Origin: Octopus sinensis
Taxonomy: Eukaryota
Direction of reading: 5' to 3'
Assembly (NCBI RefSeq): GCF_006345805.1
Contig: NC_042997.1
Coordinates: 119,536,001 to 119,600,000, forward strand
Length of the DNA stretch: 64,000 nt
Shown: in pieces, positions 25,265-37,239 of the stretch
How the letters are laid out: every line of letters starts with the position of its first letter
Position numbering within the stretch: the first letter of the stretch is position 1
Notes under the pieces: generated by a model
Databases searched by the model: none
Seen by the model: the letters and a program-made list of their open reading frames with translations, nothing else
Told to the model about the DNA's origin: nothing
Position numbers and translations under genes: made by a program

Positions 25265-28032
25265 GTTAGATGAGGAGGGGGGAGAGTTGAGACCAAATGG
25301 CGTATAAGAGCGAAGAGAGAAGATTAATTCCTGTTCACGGCGCAAACGGGAATCCGGATGGCCTCTGTGTAAGGACAAACCGAACACAGACAGGTGTTGC
25401 AAGGAGTGACCGGTGGAGCGGAAATGGCGTGAGACCGGTGCGTCGTTCGCAAGGTGGATGTCACGAAGGTGTTCCGCGAACCGGTCAGCCAAGCGGCGTC
25501 CCGTTTGTCCGATGTACAAGGAATGGCAGAGAGAGCAAGGGACACAATAGATAATATTGCTGGAGGTGCAGGTGAAGGAGTTGATGATGCGATAGGGTGG
25601 ATGATGGGTGCTAGTGAGGAGGGTGGTGTTGGAGAGGTAAGGGCAAGTGCGGCAACGTGGGCGGGAGCAGGGGACCGAGCCGGGTTGGGAGGTAGGGTCA
25701 GGGAAGGAGCTATGGACTAAAAGGTCTCGAAGGTTGTGGGCTCGTTTGAAAGAGGGGAGGGGTCGGTTAGGGAAGAGGTGTGAAGTGGACGGGTCGGACT
25801 GGAGATGACGGAAAGCTCGAAGAATGGTGCGTTGGAGAGGTAGGGTCGTGGGGTGGTAAGTGAGGGGAAAAGGGAGGCGGGAGACTACAGGGCGGGTTCG
25901 GGGAGAGAGAGCAGATACACGGTCCACGGACCGTGCTCTGGCAAGGGCGGTGTGGATAGTGGTGAGGGGGTATCCACGTAGGGTGAAGTGGTGAACCATA
26001 CGTTGAGACTGAGTCTCAAAGTCGTGGTCGTCACTACAGAGCCTACGTAGACGGAGGAATTGGGAATAGGGGATGGAAAGCTTGGTGTGTTCTGGGTGGG
26101 AGGAAGAGAAGTTGAGGTATGAGTGTGAGTCTGTGTGTTTGTAATGAATGGAGGTGGTAAGAGTGGAGTGAAGAATGCTAACCGAAATGTCGAGGAAGGA
26201 GACAGAGGTGTTGGAGATAGTGGAAGTGAAGTGGAGGGCTGGATGGAAAGATTGGACGAAAGAGAGGAAGGAATCTAGATGTTCACGGGAGAGTGTGGTG
26301 GCACCGATAATGTCGTCAATGTAACGACCATATAGTTCAGGAGTGGGACCAGTGAAATTAGAGAATATTTGGGCCTCAACATAGCCAACGAACAGGTTCG
26401 CATAGTTGGGGCCCATTCGCGTTCCCATGGCCACTCCCGAGATCTGATGGTAGAACTCGCCCGTGAACGAGAAGCAGTTCAGAGTAAGGACAAGTTCGGC
26501 CAGACGAATGAGTGTGGAGGTGTCAGGTTCAGGGTTGGAGCGGAGGTCAAGAGAGTGTTGAAGGGCCTGCACTCCTTCGTGGTGAGGGATAACAGTATAG
26601 AGGCTTTGGATGTCCATAGTAAAAAGGATTTTGGAGGAGCCGGGAGGAAAGGAGAAAGAGTTGAAAAGCCGGAGAGCATGGTTGGTATCGTGGATGTGGG
26701 AGGGAAGAGATGTCACTAGGAGGGGCCAGGACACGGTCGAGGTATTTAGAGATGAGCTCCGTGGGGCAGTTACAGGCGGAGACGATGGGGCGGCCAGGGT
26801 TGTTGGGTTTGTGGATTTTGGGGAGGAAGTAAATGGTGGGGGTACGTGGGGTTCGCACAATTAGGTTGGATGCGGTGTGGGGGAGACGGGAGGACGAGAT
26901 GAGGTCGCGGACAGTAGAGGATACCGTCTGTTGGTAGCTACGTGTGGGGTTAGAGGGCAGAGGGAGGTAGAAGGAGGTGTCATTGAGTTGGCGGAAAGCC
27001 TCGGCCCTATAGAGGTCCGCGCGCCACACCACTACAGCTCCACCCTTGTCAGCCGGTTTGATGATAATGTGAGCGCGCCGTTGGAGGGAACGAAGAGCCA
27101 AGAGCTCAACCGGGGAGATGTTGAGGCGGCGTTGGCGCCTGGAGAAGTTGAACCGCTTCAATGTACGCTGACAAGCGCCCGCGAAAAGATCCACTGCTAG
27201 GAACTGGCCAGGGGCAGGCGTCCACGGGGATGGTCGGCGGCCCAAGCCAGTGAAGCAGTCCTCTTCGTTGAGTGTGGGTGGTGAGTCATGGTAATGCGCA
27301 CCCAACCGGACGCGGCGCACAAAGTTGTGGACATCAACTCGCGTCTGGAATTCCTTACAGGATGGAGTCAGGGGGATGAAACGCAGACCCCTACTAAGGA
27401 CGGAGCGTTCAGCCGCAGAGAGGGGAAGATCGGGGGGAATGGTAACAACAGACGGAAGTGGAGAAGGGGTGGGTGGAATAGAATTAGGAGGGGTGATAGG
27501 TCTGGTGGAGGTCTGAGGGGGAGGGATTGGGGAGTTGTGTGGGGGGTGGTTGGAGGGCAGTAGGTTAGGTGTAGGTGGATGGAGCCTATCAGGAGGGGAG
27601 AAGGGGTTGTAGGGAGGGGCAGTGGGTTAGGTGTGGGTGGATGGAGCCTATCGGGAGGGGAGAAGGGTAGTGGAGGAGTTGGGGTAGTGGCGTCGGGTAT
27701 GGTGGAATGGAGGAGTGATTGGATTTTACGAAGTTTGGTGTCGGAAAGAAATTGATGGAAGAGGTGATTCAAATGGATAATGAAGCGTAGCGTGTTTGGA
27801 GCATAGAGAGGCGGCAGAGAGGAGAAGAATGTGAAGAAGGCGGTTGATGGTATGTAGTTTGGAGAGATTGGAGCGAATGGTGGCCCGCATAAGGCGGTAA
27901 GATGTGGTGCGGAGTATGTGTAAGATGGAAGAATCCGAGTGGAGAGCAGGGTGGAAGTGGAGGCGGAAACCTTTAGGGATGAGTCGGTGATGTAGGCAGC
28001 GGCTTAGGAAAGAGACATGGCTAGAGAAGCGG

Positions 28033-28035
<3 letters not shown>
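25265..28035 (-). CDS. PLE polyprotein (N-terminal domain, RT, Cys-rich linker, GIY-YIG endonuclease) interrupted by a few frameshifts
   Basis: SHVSFLSRCLHHRLIPKGFRL; LSAAERSVLSRGLRFIP; KPADKGGAVVVW; YFLPKIHKPNNPGRPIVS; MDIQSLYTVIP; GVAMGTRMGP; RYIDDI; CSRPRCRTCPY; IIYCVPCSLCHSLYIGQTGRRLADRFAEH. Corresponds to track ORFs 27726-28256, 27368-27772, 26547-27320 and 24827-26860. Confidence 0.9.
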
Positions 28036-28095
<60 letters not shown>

Positions 28096-28439
28096 TACAG
28101 ATATATACACATGAATATATGGGTACAGGACATCACCAACTGTTCAAACAGCATGAAACATGTAAACAACGAGAAAAATGGAGAATAGGACACGTAAACA
28201 CACTTCATCAGCTGTTGGTTGTCTATTTTCTTCTCATTTCGAGTATTCAACGACATTTTCTATATATTATTTACCATCTGTTGTGGAACTGAACGCCACG
28301 CATCCATTTACAAGTTGTTACACCCCCGCCATATATATATAACGGGAAGCGTTATGAAAATAAACAAACGACGAAGGCAGGTGGAAAACAAACGAACAAT
28401 TGTATTAGTATGACGCTCAGGAAATATAAATAAAACAAG

Positions 28440-28477
28440 TCTTTAACGTTTCGAGCCTACGCTCTTCAACAGAAAGA
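28440..28477 (-). ncRNA. Minimal HHR-like motif in the upstream pseudo-LTR
   Basis: Identical to 24586-24623. Confidence 0.55.
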
Positions 28478-29039
28478 TACACAGAGAGAGAAAAACACAG
28501 AAAGAAGGAGAGAAAAAAAATGCGTGCAGTAGCTAACGAATCAACACGGCGATATATATATATATATAAGCACAATCAAAGGTTACTATCCTCTTTCAGA
28601 GATTGCAAAATCCAATGATCGTACTGCTTAATTACCTCTACAAAGAGTACTGAACATTTTATTTGATATTCCATTGCAATGTAACTATATACACCCTAGT
28701 TTATATACATGTTATTTATTATAATTTTAAGATGAGAGATTTTTAAGGTAATTAATAATGTATTATTTATTAATTGAAAACGGACAAACATCCCTTACAG
28801 CTGCTTCAATTCAGGCTCTCTGAAAGTTAATTAATTTAATTAAAAATTATTTGTAAGTCGAATCTCTTGAGGAGTAGATAAAGGTATACAAAATAGGTGT
28901 TCAATTTCCTCATTTTGAGTAAACAGTTGTAAACCGACACACACACACACACATATATAACTGATTATATGTATGGGTATGCCTATGTTTCTGTTTATTC
29001 TATCTACCCTCTTTCTCGCACTCCCTCCTTTCTTCTGTG

Positions 29040-29260
29040 TGTGTATATATGTCGCCTTGATAGATCGGTAGCCACTAAACACATTCTTTATCTCCTTGTT
29101 TCTTTCTGTGTTCCTTTCTGTAGAAGAGCGTAGGTTCGAAACGTAAAAGACTTTTTTCAATTCCTGAGCGTTATACTAATATATGTTTGTTTTCTACATC
29201 ACCTGTCTTCGTCTTTTGTCTTTTCGTGAACTCTCCCTATATATATATATATATATCTTC
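29040..29260 (+). mobile_element. Solo PLE pseudo-LTR, inverted relative to 28344-28553, with HHR-like motif at 29113-29150
   Basis: cctttCTGTAGAAGAGCGTAGGTTCGAAACGTAaaaga..ttcctgagcg..atactaata..cacctgtcttcgtc matches the reverse complement of the pLTR; flanked by (TA)n. Confidence 0.75.
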
Positions 29261-29705
29261 TTTATTTTACTGCATAAGAATATATAAAACTACGACTTTT
29301 TGTGAAATAATTGTTTGTTGGAATTGGCTCTCGAAAGACATAAATGCTATAAATGTTATAAATCTACATTCTGGGGTGAGAAACCCTGTTCAGTAGAAAA
29401 CTCAAAGCCTGTTCTTGGAACGCAAATTTATATCTGCTGTACAAGTAATAGGCATTTTGAGCCCAATATTATATGTTATTTATTTATAGATTTCATGTAC
29501 TTTGGGAAACAGTTATAATTATATATATATATATATATGTTGGGGGGGGTGTATGCGTGTGTGTGTGCGTGCGTGCCCGCCTGTTCATTTCCATCGTTAC
29601 TCTCCTTTTATGCTGTTTTTCTTTAGAAACTCCGTCGACATGACTTGCGTTTCTTGTCAAGTTTACTGTTGCACAAACATCGCGCGCGCACCCACACACA
29701 CGCAT

Positions 29706-29743
<38 letters not shown>

Positions 29744-31336
29744 GCGTATGTACACATATATGCAATTCAAGTTATGTGGAAATATATTCAATACAGTACG
29801 TCCGTTAAAAGTAAATAAATTCATTTGCACCACTGTGTAATAAATTTCAAATCGTGGCTCATATTAATAATAAATGAGATTTTGCAGACGTTTTGCACGC
29901 TATTGTTTGGAAACACGAAGAAATCATACGGAAGTGTGGAACACAATCTTATGAATCATTTTCTTCTACGTCGAGTTTCTATTTCCTCTCTTTGTGAACA
30001 AGATAAATAACTATTTACACTTTTCTAAGAATGAATATATCCGCACTTCATGCCTTGTGGGTTTTTATTCCTTGTTCCAGTTATAAAACGAATGTCATTC
30101 ATTCATAATTAATAAATAATATTCTTCTTTATGTTAATAACAAATTAATCTCAATACTAGAAATGAAAAGGCTGTTCACTATAAGCATAAATACGATGAC
30201 GGCGATAAAAAACGGGAATAATGATGATATACCCAATTACGGTGATGGTTATAAATAATTATGTGGCAGGGTCTCATTGTAAATATGGTTTTATTCGAAT
30301 CAATATTATCATTTCGTATTAATTGCCTAAAGTAATTTGAAAATCATCTAATTCAATGGACAAACAGGATCAAATGTGAAATAATTGCTTTCATTTTGTG
30401 ATATTGCAAAAGTCTTTATCAATTCTGACAACAACAATACGAGCAGTGAAACATAAATTCTGATTGTAAACTTAGGGGCTTCTAGTTATGAATTTAATTA
30501 CATCCTGAATTCGTCAAGCAAACCAGAGCATAGATAATGAATATGGAAACATATGTATGCAAATAGATGCGCAAACACACACTGCATCGATATATACACA
30601 TGTATTTGTATGTACTGGAGGTAAAGACAATACGTAAGTTAAAATTGGGAATCGTAACAAGATGTATATCAGGGGAATGAATTATTAAGTAAACGATATT
30701 AGAACCTTCTAATAAATGTATTCTAATGACATATTATATATAGATATATGTGTGTGAGTGTGTGTTTGTGTGTGTGTTCATGTGCGTGTATGTGAGTGTA
30801 TGTGAGTATATGTGTATGTGTGTGTTAGTGTATGTACATATACATGTCATTTTTACTGTGAGTCTTCTATGACCATATAATTCCATACTCCCGCATATAT
30901 TGTGAAACCGTTATGATTTGATATTTTTATAAAACGCTTAACCAAAAGGCAAACTAATTTAAATTTATCCACCCGATGGGGACTGATCAATATATAGAGT
31001 TTATTCTATCCTCCCTTATTCTATGTCTGTTCTACTTTTATTTACCTACTTTATTTTTATCTTATTTGTTTCCTAGTTTATAGCTTATATTTATAATTCT
31101 ATTGTATTTAAATTTTATATTATATTCTTTCATTCTACCTTATTAATACGCTATTTATTATTATATTTAAATTAATCAGTGCGCACATAAATAAAAATAT
31201 TATAACTACTTACCTGCCAGAATGCTCTAAGGGAGTAACATGTAATAGTTTGTTGTATATCATTTTCCATGATGACTTTGTGTTTATACATTATAGTTGC
31301 AAATTTAAACCATAAATTTGTAATTTATCTAATAAA

Positions 31337-31505
31337 GGCGTAGAAGTAGCTGTGTGGTAAATAGCTTGCTTACCAACCACATGGTTTGGGTTCAGTCCCA
31401 CTGCGTGGCACCTTCGACAAGTGTCTTCTACTATAGCCTCGAGCCGAGCAAAGCCTTGTGAGTGGATTTGGAAGATGGAAACTGAAGAAGCCTATCGTAT
31501 ACATG

Positions 31506-31571
<66 letters not shown>

Positions 31572-31790
31572 CGCGTGTGCGTGTGTGTGTGTATGTATGT
31601 TTGTGTCTGTGTCTGTCCGCCCACGATTGCTTGACAACCGATGCTGGTGTGTTTACGTCCCCGTAACTTAACCGATACAATATTTACTAGGCTTGCAAAG
31701 AATAAGTCATGGGGTCGATTTGCTCGACTAAAGACGGTGCTCCCGCATGACCTCAGTCAAATGACTGAAACAAGTAAAAGAATAAAAAGA
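31337..31790 (+). mobile_element. SINE family A copy
   Basis: Same head, central (TA)(TG) tract and tail as 7379-7760. Confidence 0.88.
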
Positions 31791-31934
31791 AAAAAGGAAT
31801 AAAAAAATTCAATCGAAACAGCTGTGGGAAGGATGAATTATCATTTTATTATATAAATAATTATTAACTTTGAACTCTACAATTTATTTCCTGCTAATAA
31901 GCGAATACAGATTATATGCATCATATATATATAT

Positions 31935-31996
<62 letters not shown>

Positions 31997-32201
31997 CAAT
32001 AGGTGAATGAATTATCCTATGTTTATCGTCAGCATGGAAAATTCGTTGAACCGATACCAGGGTAGCAAATTCGCGTCAGAAACACGGTTGAAGCGACCTG
32101 TCCAAGGGTAGAAACTCCGGGTTCATTTGCAGAAATTTGTGTGTTATATATGAATAAATGAAAGAATGGAGTCGAACGAAGATGTTAACAAAATTCCTTT
32201 A

Positions 32202-32283
32202 CTCTCGACATATGTTTCGAAGACCACATGGTTTCATTCCAAAGGAATAATGGATGTATGATGTAATCTTCTCATCAGGAAAG
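32202..32283 (-). ncRNA. Canonical minimal type I hammerhead ribozyme (inverted pLTR copy)
   Basis: ctttc-CTGATGA-GAAGA[43 nt]TCTTC-GAA-ACATATGT-C-gagag on the minus strand. Confidence 0.85.
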
Positions 32284-33830
32284 AAAGGGAGCCTCTCTCG
32301 GCAACAAGACAAACAATAATTTTGATGACTGTCTACATGGGAAACAAATCGACAATAAGTGATTTTTAAAATCACTTATTATAGTCGGCTATAAGGACAA
32401 AGTGTCATACATTGATTCAGCTCATTCTAAACCAACATCTGCTTCTCCAGATAGAATAGTTACTTGTAATAGGAATAGTAATTTTAATTCTAGTAGTACC
32501 AGCAACACTATGCGAAATATAAATTCTTTACGGACCAAGGGAGGTAAGCGCCGTTCAACCCCAAATTTTCAGCCCAGTAATTTTCCCCTTACTTTCACAA
32601 ATAACTCTACGTACAAGTCAAAGGCCACTAAGAACTGTATCTGATTCGTAATACCTTTCCGTAAACAAATTAAATCGAACCTCCCCATACAGTTCCATGA
32701 AGCCGTCGCTAGGAACTTTCCCAGAAATTCTAGATATTATTCTATTATCAATTCCCATGTAATCAGAATCGCTTTCTCTAACACTAGAAATCTTTCACAA
32801 ATTATATCTTCTCACAATACCAAGCTGATAAATAGAGACTCTTCACCCGGGAGTTCCAACATAAATCTTACTAATTCCAACCCATCATACAGCCATACTA
32901 ATAGGAAAAGTATTAATAGTAATAGCAATGGTAGTAGCGACAGTGTTAGCAATGATAATATTAATAATTATATCAGTCGTGTTAATAACAATGGTAATGT
33001 TGATAGTGATAACAATAACGGAGAAATTACTGATTGTATTACCATTAATAATACTAACAATAATACGAATAGTGTAGTTGCTAACGCTAATAATAATAGT
33101 AACAACAATCATAGCAATAAAAACTTCGTTTCGATCTCGGAGGGCAACCCCAACAGAATTACATTTTTGTCTAGTAATGCTAAGATCGAGAATTATATTT
33201 ACCAGTGTAGAATCTCCTCTGGTACTGATGCCTTCTTCTATATAGGAGCGTCCACTTCCCAGTTATCCAAGAGAATTTCAAACCATTATTCAACATTCAG
33301 GGATAGTAAAAAACGACATAGCACAGGGCTAAGTAAATTAGTTTGGTGTCTTAAAGACAATATTATAGACTTCAAGTTAGATTGGTTCATACTGTCTGTA
33401 TCCTTTCCTTTTGATAAGGGCAGGATATTTTGTAACATTTGCAACTCTGAGCTCTTCCATATCCTCTTCTCTAAGGATCCCCTTGTAAACACACTCATAG
33501 AGAAATCCTATAAATGTAAGCACTGGCAGAATCATACTTTTTACTCTTACAAATGATTACGATAGGCATCGTGCTTTGAACAATTAGCTTAACATACACT
33601 CCACTTCAATAGTGAAATTCTTTCCTAAGCCTTTGAACATTCTTAATAAACATACCCTTCCCTTTCCACTGGTTCCCTACCTATCATTCCTTTAACCCTT
33701 CTCTTCCTACTATCTAATTTGACGTCAAATCTTCTAACGGTTTTTTTAAAATCACTTATTGTCGATTTGCTTACCATGTAGACAGTCATCGAAATTTTTG
33801 TTTATCTTGTTGCCGAGAGAGGCTCACTTT

Positions 33831-33912
33831 CTTTCCTGATGAGAAGATTATATCATACGCCCTTTATTCCTTTGGAATGAAACCATATGGTCTTCGAAAC
33901 ATATGTCGAGAG
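33831..33912 (+). ncRNA. Canonical minimal type I hammerhead ribozyme (3' pLTR)
   Basis: ctttc-CTGATGA-GAAGA[43 nt]TCTTC-GAA-ACATATGT-C-gagag; GUC cleavage triplet; palindromic stem III of the type used by dimer-cleaving PLE HHRs. Confidence 0.87.
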
Positions 33913-33962
33913 TAAAGGAATTTTGTTAACATCTTCGTTCGACTCCATTCTTTCATTTATTC

Positions 33963-33996
<34 letters not shown>

Positions 33997-34554
33997 GTAT
34001 GTATATATGTACAGTAAAATTTTTTGGCCACTATGACATAACCGTTGTATAAAGAAATCCGTTACTACTTTTTTTACCCCAGGAAAATGTCTTTTCCAAA
34101 TCGTTAACGATACACAAACTGTGTCCTACATATTGTACGTAAGGGAGCGAATGTCTCCTCTCCAGCCTGGCAATACCAGTAGACCATGGCTTCTGGGTCT
34201 TTTCCATTGCTTGATAGTGGATACCTGCATGCTGGAGATGACAGTCAATTGTCCTTCCTCACAATATATATATATATAAATATAAATGTAGATTATTAAA
34301 TATCTAAAATTGGTTGCTCAAACTAATGCTATTAGGAGAAAATGTGGATAAGAAAGTTGGAGGTAGAAGACATCACAAGACAACTGGAAAAGAAACACCA
34401 GGCAATGTAGGCAAACAACAACATAAGAGATACATCCCAAATGAAAAAAGAACCAAAAGAAAAAAATAATAATAGCGCTACCCGTGGCGGAGAGGTTAAG
34501 CGCGCGGGCTACTAACCCCAAGATTCTGAGTTCGATTCCAAGCAGTGACCTGAA

Positions 34555-34558
34555 TAAT

Positions 34559-34629
<71 letters not shown>
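34555..34629. repeat. (AAT)n microsatellite
   Basis: Direct reading. Confidence 0.97.
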
Positions 34630-35366
34630 GATGCGGATATAAAATGTTGCGGCAAAACGATCAGCAACCTTTTATATATGGATGACCTAAAACTATACGT
34701 TGCAAATGAAAAACAGCTGGAAACATTATTAAAGACAGTTCATGGATTTACCAAAGATATAGATATGAAATTTGGATTAGAAAAATGCGCCAAAGTAACC
34801 ATGAAAAGGGGAAAATTAGTTAAGAGTAGCATCATCACACGAGATAAAAACCAACGAAATAAAAGAATTAGACCAAAGCCAAACTTAGGAATCCATGAAC
34901 TAGATAAGACACAACACACACACATGAAAGAGAAAATAAAAAAAAGAATATTATAGACGAGTTAGATCAATTCTAAAAACAGAGCTCAATACTTAAAACA
35001 AGTTAATAGGTGTTAACACTTTAGCTGTTCCAGTTATAAGTTACAGCTATACAGCTTAACTGGACACTAATGAACTGACCAAAATAGATAGGAAAACAAG
35101 AAAAATAATGACAGGATCTAGGATGCATCACCCAAAATCTGACATAGAAAGACTATATATACAACGTATAGAAGGTGGTAGAGGCCTTATACAGCTGGAA
35201 AACTACTATAAAATAACCACCATAGGACTGCAAAAATATCTACTTCAGAAGGAAGGAAAACTGATACAAATAGCGGCAAAACACGAGCAAAACAAAAAAC
35301 TGTTCTCAGTATTTAAGGAAGCTGACAAATGCAAACAAGAAATCATACCACCTAATAAATATGAAG

Positions 35367-35398
<32 letters not shown>

Positions 35399-36401
35399 GA
35401 AGAAGAAGAAGAAGAAGAAGAAGAAGAAGAAGAAGAAGAAGAAGAAGAAGAAGAAGAAGAAGAAGAAATAACAAAAGCTATAAAACAAATGACATCCAAA
35501 CTAAAAATTGAACAGCAACGAACCATGATAAAACGATGGCAAGAAAAGCCTCTTCATGGTAAATACTGGACTAAACTAAACGCAAAAGAAATAGACAAAG
35601 AAAAATCCCAGCAATGGTTGAGAAGCTCAGGACGCAAAGCAGAGACAGAGGGATTTTTAATTGCAGCACAAGACCAAAGCCTCCCCACCAGAAATTACCA
35701 AAAACATGTAATGAAAAGAAATATAACAAGTAACTGCAGAATATGTGGAGATGGACAAGAAACAATAAATCATATTATCTCTGGCTGTCCAGTCCTGGCT
35801 AAGAAGGAATATATTCACAGACATGACAGAGTTGGGACATACATACACTGGAAGCTATGCCAACATTATGGAATAACAACAGAGAATAGATGATATTGGC
35901 ATACACTAAAAAGGTCACAGAAAACGAGAAAGCAACCATACTCCGGGATATACCGATACACACAGATAGAGAAATTAAGGCCAACAGACCAGATATAGTT
36001 GTCAGATATCATGAAGAAAAAAATTATTTCTAATTGATGTATCAATACCGGCAGATGACAACGTGTCTCTAAAAGAAATGGAGAAACTTTCAAAATGCAA
36101 AGACCTGGAAATAGAGGTAACCAGAATGTGTAATCTAAAAACAGAAATAATTCCTATCCTAGTAGGTGCATTAGGCATGATAAAAAAAAATATTCAGACA
36201 AATACATAACAAAAACACCAGGACTTACAAACACATATAACATACAGAAAATTGCACTACTGGGCACTGCACACATCCTACGCAGAACACTTTCCATACA
36301 ATAACCATCATAGCATCACAACAAATCACAGCACATACCCAAGGCACACAGAGCTGTGCTCGGTAGTGAAGTGAAAGCACGCCATAAAAATAAAACTACT
36401 G
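34630..36401 (+). mobile_element. 5'-truncated R4/Dong-clade LINE with in-frame (GAA)n expansion
   Basis: LYMDDLKLY, FGLEKCAKV, MHHPKSDIERLY..GGRGL, AETEGFLIAAQDQSLPTRNY, CRICGDGQETINHIISGC, RHD and RPDIVV. (AAT)n on both sides. Confidence 0.92.
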
Positions 36402-36414
36402 AATAATAATAATA

Positions 36415-36494
<80 letters not shown>

Positions 36495-36520
36495 TAATAA
36501 TAATAATAATAAAAATAATA

Positions 36521-36589
<69 letters not shown>

Positions 36590-36617
36590 TAATAATAATA
36601 ATATAATAATAATAAAT
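36402..36617. repeat. (AAT)n microsatellite
   Basis: Direct reading. Confidence 0.97.
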
Positions 36618-37171
36618 GCTCTGATGCAGTACCAGGCAGTGGCTCTCATGGCTTCTGATCTTAACTGATTGGAAGTGTTATCATGTACATTGTTTTGTCT
36701 TGGTATAAAAGATGGGCTACAGCAAATATTCTGCTCAATACCACAGATTTGCTTGTCAGTTGTTTGACTTTAACCAGTTGAGCATGTCCCTTAGTGGCTG
36801 ACGATATGTGCATCTCTGATCATGAGCAGAAGTAGTGGGCGAGCATCATAGCTATGTGTTGAGAGGGATTCTTTGGGGTTTGAATAATTCACCTCTGGAA
36901 ACATAGGTGGTTCTTTCAACAACCTTAAACAACCCTTATTCAGGGACCTTTTGAGCGGGATGGTCTACTCAATCTGAAGAAAATTCTAACTGGGCCCCAC
37001 CTGCAAGGTCATGTGCTGTTTATCTTGATATGAGATCACCATGTCGCGCACATACGGTTGTGATGCATGTGCCTGGTGTACCCTTATCAGGCGGGTAGTC
37101 ATGATGGGTATATTGGGCTTCGTATATTTTACCCCAGTGTCACTTTGATGGCATGAACTGCTCTCTCACTC
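36618..37171 (+). mobile_element. ~550-bp non-coding SINE-like repeat X inserted in (AAT)n
   Basis: Homologous to 42162-42784, 56395-56926 and 44612-44853. Common 3' end CTGCTCTCTCACTC followed by (AAT)/(AAC)n. No long ORF. Confidence 0.85.
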
Positions 37172-37202
37172 AATAATAATAATAATAATAATGATAATAA
37201 TG

Positions 37203-37236
<34 letters not shown>

Positions 37237-37239
37237 TAA

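Larger units (their letters stand above)
24490..28553 (-). mobile_element. Near-full-length Penelope-like element (Neptune-like) with direct pseudo-LTRs
   Basis: Direct repeats 24490-24703 and 28344-28553; RT and GIY-YIG ORF on the minus strand; (TA)n on both flanks. Confidence 0.95.
32140..33965 (+). mobile_element. 5'-truncated Penelope-like element (Naiad-like GIY-YIG type) with an inverted 5' pLTR and a direct 3' pLTR
   Basis: Inverted repeats ~32140-32390 and ~33735-33965; linker I*FVIPF..NFPRNSRYYSIINS..IISSHNTKL; ORF 33167-33556 YIYQCRI..FYIGASTSQLSKRISNHYSTF..TGLSKLVWCLK..CNICNSE. Confidence 0.85.

Noticed and set aside
24827-25265. Pro/Ser/Leu-rich C-terminal extension of the 677-aa ORF as real protein
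   Set aside because: Read-through into the C/T-rich 3' non-coding tract after the GIY-YIG domain, most likely from a frameshift near GLNSP.
36618-36680. Resemblance of the repeat X 5' end (reverse strand) to U2 snRNA words (ATCAGTT.A.ATC, CCTGGTA.TGCA)
   Set aside because: Matches are short, have the wrong spacing and lack the U2 branch-point and Sm-site context.
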